This document shows positions 56,349 through 64,000 of a DNA stretch of 64,000 bases, piece by piece. Source of the DNA: Octopus vulgaris (Eukaryota); assembly GCA_951406725.2 (NCBI GenBank), contig OX597819.1, positions 129,208,001 to 129,272,000 of the forward strand, read 5' to 3'. The notes under the pieces were generated by a model that had not been told where the DNA came from, ran no database searches, and saw only the letters and a program-made list of their open reading frames with translations. Every line of letters begins with the position of its first letter. Positions within the stretch are counted from its first letter, which is position 1. The position numbers were made by a program, and so were the translations under genes.

Positions 56349-56940
56349 GGTTGGCCAAAAGTCATCCGACAGTAAATCAAAATTCCATAAAAGCTTAATA
56401 ATCAATTTTATTTATTTACTATCAGTATCGCCCGGCGTTGCTCGGGTTTGTTTCGACCCTTTAGAATTGGAATTTATGAAAAGTAAAGATTTTGCATTAT
56501 GTAGCTTGTTATTCTCTTTAAATGAACATTTTTCTGGTTGAAATATACCGAAAAATGGCGACACAGCAGTCAAAACATCGTAAAAGATAGGGATTTTCAT
56601 AGAAAAAAAAGCACCTTTTTGATGTAAATAATTTTTGGTGTTAACATGGTCCGATTTGAATTTCTTTTCTTCTACGGAAGGAAGAGCAAACCTTCTATCA
56701 TACTCTCAATTTTGGTCAACTTGCGCCGCAGGGTCTCGGAGGAGATATTGTTAGTTGAAGACTACCAAACCTGCCATAGATTTTGAAAAATGGTATCGCT
56801 CAAGAAGGACTTCAGTTTGGACAATTTTCATGATGTTTCCTATTTAGATGCTTTTATTAAATTCATTCAGTCGTTAAACAAAATAAATCTTGAAATTAAA
56901 TGGTTTTGATTTACTGTCAGGTAACTTTTGGACAACCTTG
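56346..56940. mobile_element. Tc1/mariner-type non-autonomous element with ~37-bp TIRs
   Basis: Left CATGGTTGGCCAAAAGTCATCCGACAGTAAATCAAAA; reverse complement of right end CAAGGTTGTCCAAAAGTTACCTGACAGTAAATCAAAA. Confidence 0.8.
56418..56780 (-). mobile_element. Helitron 3' portion nested in the Tc1/mariner element
   Basis: CAGTATCGCCCGGCGTTGCTCGGGTTTGT is the reverse complement of the 3' end of Helitron 8441-8837; internal body differs. Confidence 0.75.
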
Positions 56941-56949
56941 TCGATATGT

Positions 56950-57008
<59 letters not shown>

Positions 57009-57011
<3 letters not shown>

Positions 57012-57185
57012 GGTCCCGGGTTGAGTCGAGGTTAACCACAGTAAATAAGGTACTCAATACATAGCAGAGTAAATTAATTTATTTTATAGAAGGAGCTTCT
57101 ACAGGACTAGAACTGTTTCATTCAAATGATGATTTCATTTGAATGAAACAGTTCTAGTCCTGTAGAGGCTCCTTCTATAAAATAA

Positions 57186-57187
<2 letters not shown>
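57009..57187. mobile_element. Fold-back copy of the hammerhead element at 4465-4600
   Basis: 53-bp inverted arms 57077-57129 and 57135-57187 with one mismatch; (TA)n on both sides. Confidence 0.85.
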
Positions 57188-57223
<36 letters not shown>

Positions 57224-57395
57224 GCATACATTCTCTTCTGTCCCGCTTGACAACCGGTGTTGCTTTGTTTACGTTCCCGTATCTTAACGATTCGGCAAAA
57301 TGTGCGATATAATATATACCAGAAAAACACACCTGAACAAATATATATACATACGTACATACATGACATGACGTTAACAGATACACGTACAAACG

Positions 57396-57458
<63 letters not shown>

Positions 57459-57727
57459 GCACACATACAAATATACTAAGTCTACTATTCCTTGTAGTAA
57501 GAATATGAGTAGAGAAAGAATCTAGACAATGTTGCTATAAAAACAAATGCTGTGTGTGTTGGCGCGCTCCAAGTTGAAAACTGAGTAATGGGGCGGCAAA
57601 GTCGCTTTATCTCACTGAAAAACACATTTTTGTCATTCCATTAAAGTAGCCTCTACGTGGTTGCTCGACATCCTAGAAATAGCAATCAAATCTTGCTCAA
57701 CTCTCAATACCTCCGTCTTTACAGAAA

Positions 57728-57959
57728 TGGCGGCGAGCGGGCAGAATTGTTAGCACACCGGGTGAAATGCTACGCGGTATTTCGTCGGCCGCTACGTTCT
57801 GAGTTCATATTCCGCCGAGGTCGACTTTGCCTTTCATCCTTTCGGGGTCGATAAATTAAGTACCAGTTACGCACTGGGGTCGATGTAATCGACTCAATCT
57901 GTTTGTATGTCCTTGTTTGTCCTCTCTGTGTGTAGCCCCTTCTGGGTAATAAAGAAATA
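57728..57959 (+). mobile_element. Full-length SINE family A
   Basis: Head, core and tail A intact. Confidence 0.9.
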
Positions 57960-58219
57960 GGTACGTTGTGGGGTGGGGAATCACATATTGAATAATATGG
58001 TCCGAGCAATGTTCCAAACAGTCTATGTTGGATCCAGCTATGAAAGGTGGTGGAAGCAGTGGCGAAGGTGACAGCGACGGTGACAGCGGTGGGGGGGGTT
58101 AAAACAATAGGACCTACATATTAGATAATATGGCTTTAAATAAACTATGACAATAGCCCACCACTACCAAAAACAAAACAAAAACGTCATTACATCCATG
58201 GATTGAGCGTTTTTAACCA

Positions 58220-58515
58220 TAGATCACCTGGATCAGTGCTGATCTGATCATAAGTCCCCTGGTTTAGAGTTAATCTGATCAGCGGTCTCCTGGATCGGAG
58301 ATGTTATCATGTCTTCTGGATCGGGGCTGATGTGGTCTTAGATCTGCTGAGTCGTAGTTGTTCTGTTTAAAGATCTTGTGGATCAGGATTGATCTATTCA
58401 TAATTTTCAAGATCAGGTTTGATTTTGACCTCGTGGAACAAGGTTGATCTGGTCATAGGTTTCCTGAATTAAGGTTGATCTGGACTTAGGTTTCCTGCAT
58501 CAGGGCTGTTCCGGG
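58220..58515. repeat. Degenerate ~31-bp minisatellite
   Basis: About 9 units resembling TCATAGGTYTCCTGGATCAGGGTTGATCTGG. Confidence 0.65.
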
Positions 58516-59604
58516 GTAAATAACACCAGCAGTTCAATTTTGTTTCGTTTATTTCAGATCTCATTTATGTCAATTTAAAGCATCACTAACCAAACAATTC
58601 TAAAGATTATATGACTTATAGTTTGATATTCGAAGGAAAGCAATCTTAAGCCGATGCTCTAACGTCTCCCATGAATATTCCATGCCAAATGCTTTGTGTT
58701 TGACAAGGAAATCATCAGGATTCATTCGTTGATATGATAGCTCTGAAAGAAAGGCAGATTTAGTTTGATGTTTAATCGCATATTTTCTGGGTTCAGATTT
58801 CTTCGGCTCCATGAGACGGTATCAGTGCAAAATGTGGAAAAGAAAAATTACAACGCGGAATCGAAACCAGATTGTGGTCTGAAAACTCTGTTCTACTCCA
58901 AGAATTTTTTCTTTTTCTGCTACTCCAAGATTTATTTTTTTTCGCTACACCATGATCTTACCTTAACTTAGGCGTTGTCAAATTGGCAGAAGTCTTAGAC
59001 CATCGAACGAACTGCTTTTGCATTATTTATTCTGGTCTTTGCGCTCTGAGTTCAGTTTCCGCCTTGGGCAACTCTGTCTTTTATCTTCCTGGAGTCGTTA
59101 AATAGACGGTGGACTGACGAAACCGTTGGAACATCGAACGAGAAATTTTGCAATATTTGTTCGGCACATATGCAGCATCGTAAAGGAGGAAAATACTTAC
59201 TCGGTACCTATATGTTGGACGAAATATCGGATTTTATTAGAAGCTACAAATGTTTACAAATCGTTACACCGAGTTTCATGCTTCCGATCTTCGGACGAAA
59301 AAGGGGGTAAATAGAACATCAGGACAATATTTCGTGTGTTGTAATTTCGATCGAAGCAAATTTTCGCCTAACCGTTTATTAGGCGAAAACTTTCCTCGCC
59401 TTTATAAATAAAGGGATATTTTCAATGAATCATATATGGGTGTTAGCGCGAGCGCAGACTTTTCAAAAAAACAAATTAGTAAATAAATAATCTGGAAATA
59501 GAGAGGCAGAAAGAGAAGAAGAAGAAGAAGAAGAAGAAGAAGAAGAAGAAGAAGAAGAAGAAGAAGAAGAAGAAGAAGAACGAGAAGAAGAAGAAGAAGA
59601 AGAA

Positions 59605-59636
<32 letters not shown>

Positions 59637-59820
59637 AGAACAACAACAGCAACAAGAAGAACAACAACAACAGCAACAACAACAATAACAACAACAATAA
59701 CAACAAAATATATGCAAAGCTAGAGAATATGAAAAGTTAAGGATGGTAAAAAGTAATTCATCAATACCAATAAATAAAGAAATTGTAAAAACAACAAACA
59801 CAATGTTCAAACAGTCTGAA

Positions 59821-59859
<39 letters not shown>

Positions 59860-60205
59860 ACACACACACACATAAGCAAAAAGGCAAGCCTCTATACTCA
59901 CGAGAGAGAGAGGTGGGAGGAGAGGAGGTGAGAGAAACCATCGAAACACTCAAAGAATACAAAAGGCAAGAAGCGTAACGATTACACGGATGCACATGCA
60001 AATGCACATATATGCATGAACATGCACACATACACCCTCATTCACACAAGAGAGGCAGAGACGGAGACGGGGACGGGGGGAGATGAGCGCACACTTACAG
60101 AATTAAGTAGGGAGCGCACGTTAAATGTTTACGGGGAAAAATACAAAAACCTTCACAGAACTGAACACAAAGACGTGCACATCGACATACGAACTAACCC
60201 ATACC

Positions 60206-60252
<47 letters not shown>

Positions 60253-60838
60253 CACGGGTGAAATCACATGCAGATCACAAAAATGATGCGAGATCACCGA
60301 AAGAGAAATAGAAAAATCGTTATCGCGTAATAAAAAGAACCTAATGGAACCAAAACGGAACAAAACGGTAATATCGAATTCAAGCACTGGAAAACACCCG
60401 TTGCAGAACAGCCACTTTTTAGTCAGAAAAGACTGGATAAACAGTGGAAAATTCCGAAAGAACGAAAATAAGTAGCTTGAAAATCCAAAGCATTCCGATT
60501 TCCACGGGAGTAGATCAAAATTTGACATTGTACTTCTATTTGGTAGGAATCATTTAGAAACCAAATATTTAGATGTGCGCCTGTAAGAGTTTAATAATTC
60601 CGACTTAAGAATTTCTCGTTCAAGTACAACAACGGAGAGCTTGTGAAATTGCGGAATGAGCTGAGTTGACATGGATTCACTCGTTTTAAATTGAATAATA
60701 TCTGCATACATATTTATGGAAATGTAAACGAGACGACTAATGAGGGATCCGTTTTCATAACTGACAATCAATCTTCCTAGTCGAAATCGTGACTTCCCGC
60801 GTGATACACACACACACACACACATATATGTATGTATG

Positions 60839-60905
<67 letters not shown>

Positions 60906-60913
60906 CAATTGCA

Positions 60914-61221
60914 GCGTGGGAGGTGTTTATAAGCCATTTAAGAAACACACAAAAGCCGTTCGATTCACTCCAACATTTAAGTTTAATTTGTCAAAATATT
61001 TTCGTCGCTAAAATCCGCGACCTGTTCACTGACAAAGTCCGTGCTGAGATGCAGCACGGACTTTGTCAGTGAACAGGTCTGCGACCAAATTAAACTTAAA
61101 TGTTGGAGTGAATCAGGCTTTTGTGTGTTTCTTAAATGGCTTATAAACACCTCCCACGCAGTTTTTTTCGTTTCAGCACACGATCTCAGATCAAATTACT
61201 TGCTATGCGAGTACATCTCCG

Positions 61222-61225
<4 letters not shown>
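60914..61225. mobile_element. Fold-back hammerhead-bearing element between (TA)n tracts
   Basis: Inverted arms 60914-61046 and 61052-61159, 5-nt loop AGATG. Confidence 0.85.
60987..61036 (-). ncRNA. Minimal hammerhead motif with G3-C8 core pair
   Basis: Minus strand: tttgtca GTGAACA g GTCGC ggatttta GCGAC GAAA ATAT TT tgacaaa; 7-bp stem I, 5-bp stem II, palindromic AATATT stem III. Confidence 0.75.
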
Positions 61226-61276
<51 letters not shown>

Positions 61277-61278
<2 letters not shown>

Positions 61279-61567
61279 ATCTTTTCACTCTGACCGGCAG
61301 ATTTTTAAAATATTTTCTTTGTAACTAAACACTTTTAAAATTCGTAGAATGTGTTTATAAAATTGGTAGAATGTGTTACATAAAACACCTTTTTCTTGGC
61401 TTTCTTGAGAAAATTCTGTAGTTTGTAAGCTATTTGTTGTTTGATTTCTTGCATTTCGGCAATTTCAACCAATCAATGACGTCTATTGAGGTGAATTCCA
61501 TTTCTGCCGTAGTGTTTAGTTACAAAGAAATTATTTTTAAAATCTGCCGGTCAAAGTGAAAAGATCC
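61277..61567. mobile_element. MITE with ~57-bp TIRs in a TA target
   Basis: GGATCTTTTCACT(C/T)TGACCGGCAGATTTT...CTTTGTAACTAAACACT inverted at both ends; TATA on both flanks. Confidence 0.85.
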
Positions 61568-61625
61568 TATATGGCGGTGCCCCAGCATGGCCACAGCTCG
61601 TGAGCTGAAACTAGATAAAATATAA

Positions 61626-61729
<104 letters not shown>

Positions 61730-62214
61730 AGGTAAATTGGGATGGTGGCAATCTGAAATTTAAAAGTTTTCCCAAGACGCCACCGCACGAATAATCCGAA
61801 AATCCACAAAGCATGCATAAAAATTTACATCAAAAGAATGGAATTACCTGACTGTGTTTGTTGATTGGTTTCCACGTGTTTCGTTAGCCTCAGTCAAGCA
61901 GTCTCGCATAATGCCATTTCCTCGCTAACAACTGCTGACCTATTTTATGTACTGTAGAGATCTTCCTTGAGAGGCAAACTTGTCCGGACATAACAACAAG
62001 CAATGAACCGAGTGAGAACCGACGCTGGGTTGTTTACGCCCCCTTAACTTAGCGGTTCAACAAAAGAACCCGATAGTATAAGTACCAGACTCTGAAAAAT
62101 AAGTACTGGGATCGATTAAATCCATCGATGCGGTGCCCCAGCGTGGCTGCAGTCCAATGACTAAAACAATGTGTGTGTGTGTGTGTGTTTGCATGTATAC
62201 ATACACACACATAC

Positions 62215-62245
<31 letters not shown>

Positions 62246-62310
62246 TGTATGTATGTATGTATGTATGTATGTGTGTGTATGTATGTAATGTATGTATGTA
62301 TGTGTGTATG

Positions 62311-62341
<31 letters not shown>

Positions 62342-62499
62342 TGTATGTATGTATGTATGTATGCATGTATGTATGTATGTATGTATGTATGTATGTATAT
62401 GATGGACTCTCCCGTCGGTTTCGACGTATGAGGATCCGCCAACGATTTGCAATAAAGCCCTCAGATCCTGCAATTATAAGGATAACAGGGCAGTGCAGC

Positions 62500-63617
62500 T
62501 AGTATATTTGCGGCCGCTTCTCTCCTTTGCCTTGCACTGCGAAGCCTGTTAATGCTGGTTGCAACAAAGTTTCTCCACGATCTTGAGCCATACAAAAGAG
62601 TCGTAAGAATGGCAGCTTTATAAACCTGTACTTTAGTGTCAAGTTTGATTCCCCTTTCATTTCATAGGCGAGAACAGAATTTGCAAAACGGTTGGCGATT
62701 TCATCTAGAGAAGCGCCCGAATTCACTTTACTACTTCACATAATTTAGGTTTTTCCTATCAACCTGTATAGAAGTACCAGGAAAATTATGAACCGGTGGC
62801 TTCTGCCGGACACCTCAAATTTCTTTAGGAGTAGGGCAAGGTTGGTGGATTACCTCCTTCTTCTTGATACTGATGGTGATGTTGATGTTGAGCGAAGCGG
62901 TCTTCTGTTGTGAGAGAAGTCCGAAACGTGGTCCTTTGCTATTCGTAAGACCCGCAGAAGAGAAAGCGGGTCAACCCCCGACACCGAGAGCATCGATGGA
63001 TGGATGAATGCGCATCCAGGCTCAGCGGTTGCGTAGGAAGTCGGGGACAAGAAACAGGAAGAAAGAGTGAGAGAAAGTTGGAGCGAAAGAGTACAACAGG
63101 GGTTGCCACCACCCCCTGCCGGAGCCTCGTGGAGCTTTAGGTGTTTTCGCTCAATAAACACACACAACGCCCGGTCTGGGAATCGAAACCGCGATCCTCC
63201 GACCGCTAGTCCGCTGCCCTAACCATTGGGCCATTGCGCCTCCACTGATACTGTTGGTCAAATTAAAGGCTTTGCATGCAGTAGAAAACCGGTCTAGAAA
63301 TTGCTGAACTTCCTCTAAGGAGGTCCTTACTAGTGCAGCATCATCTGCAAAAAGTTTGATCACGAATGATACTGGTGCGTAGCAGTGTTCTGGCTTTGAT
63401 ACGCTGATGACTGACCACCACTTGTTCGAAACTGATACCACCTCAGCATGGCTGAAAAGAAGGGTGCAAACAAAACAGGGGGCATAACACAACCTTGCTT
63501 TGTGTCGTTTGTAACGTCGAGGGAAGCCGAAGATTCTTCACCGGACACGACAGCAGTCTTCATTCCTTTATGAAAGATAACATTCAACATCTTGTCAGGT
63601 ATACCAAGCTTTTTCAA
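62500..63617 (-). mobile_element. RTE-clade LINE reverse transcriptase remnant
   Basis: LGIPDKML, TKQGCVMPPVLF, KLFADDAAL, LDRFSTACKAFNL, SIKKKEVIHQP, GIKLDTKVQVYKAAILTTLLYGS; frameshifted. Confidence 0.9.
62880..63243 (-). mobile_element. tRNA-derived SINE (fourth family) inserted into the RTE remnant
   Basis: Head GGAGGCGCAATGGCCCAATGGTTAGGG...GGTTTCGATTCCC (A and B boxes), CAACAT tail, TSD TGATACTG(A/T)TGGT. Confidence 0.85.
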
Positions 63618-63645
63618 AACTTCCTATAGTGCTTGCCGGCTAAAA

Positions 63646-63713
<68 letters not shown>

Positions 63714-64000
63714 TTCTCGTAAAGTATTAGACAACTTGAGACAATGACAGGAATATTTGTCCAAAGTTTCGCCCACTGAGATTGACCATGAAACAACGTG
63801 GCTTCAAAGTGAACTTCTTAATTACATACCTGTGCTGATAACTGTTAGAAAAAGCAGCCAATTATCCTCGGAGTCTAAAAGCAGGAACGAAGGTCACTTC
63901 AAATAACATAGTCCTTGACTGGAATTGTGCTTTAACGAAGATACTGGATGGTCAATAGTTGAATGCCTTTGATCATAGGTCCATGGAATTAAGGCTGAGC

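Noticed and set aside
61958-62011. Candidate phase-1 second exon (EIFLERQTCPDITTSNEP) for the signal-peptide gene
   Set aside because: Weak splice signals; several equally plausible candidates exist; needs transcript data
63170-63243. Functional tRNA gene
   Set aside because: tRNA-like A/B boxes continue into a SINE body with a TSD; no complete cloverleaf or terminator; the same applies to the other SINE heads

Overview
Repeat-saturated, AT-rich eukaryotic DNA, most likely from an octopus (coleoid cephalopod); this is an inference from the SINE families and microsatellite density. Almost all ORFs in the track are translations of microsatellites or SINEs. Supported elements: two abundant tRNA-derived SINE families, many with target-site duplications; CR1, RTE and Penelope-like (PLE) retrotransposon remnants; mariner and hAT remnants; MITEs; Helitrons (one with a Pif1-like helicase fragment); a Helentron/DINE-1-like element; and a 166-bp tandem array. 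The only convincing host-gene signal is a probable first coding exon encoding a signal peptide (50067-50127, +). The most notable feature is about nine minimal hammerhead-ribozyme motifs from several unrelated short elements, mostly embedded in (TA)n tracts. Their catalytic 3:8 pair covaries (C-G, U-A, G-C). Three sit in fold-back inverted repeats, and in one the sense arm restarts exactly at the predicted self-cleavage site. All structures were read by eye, not computed.
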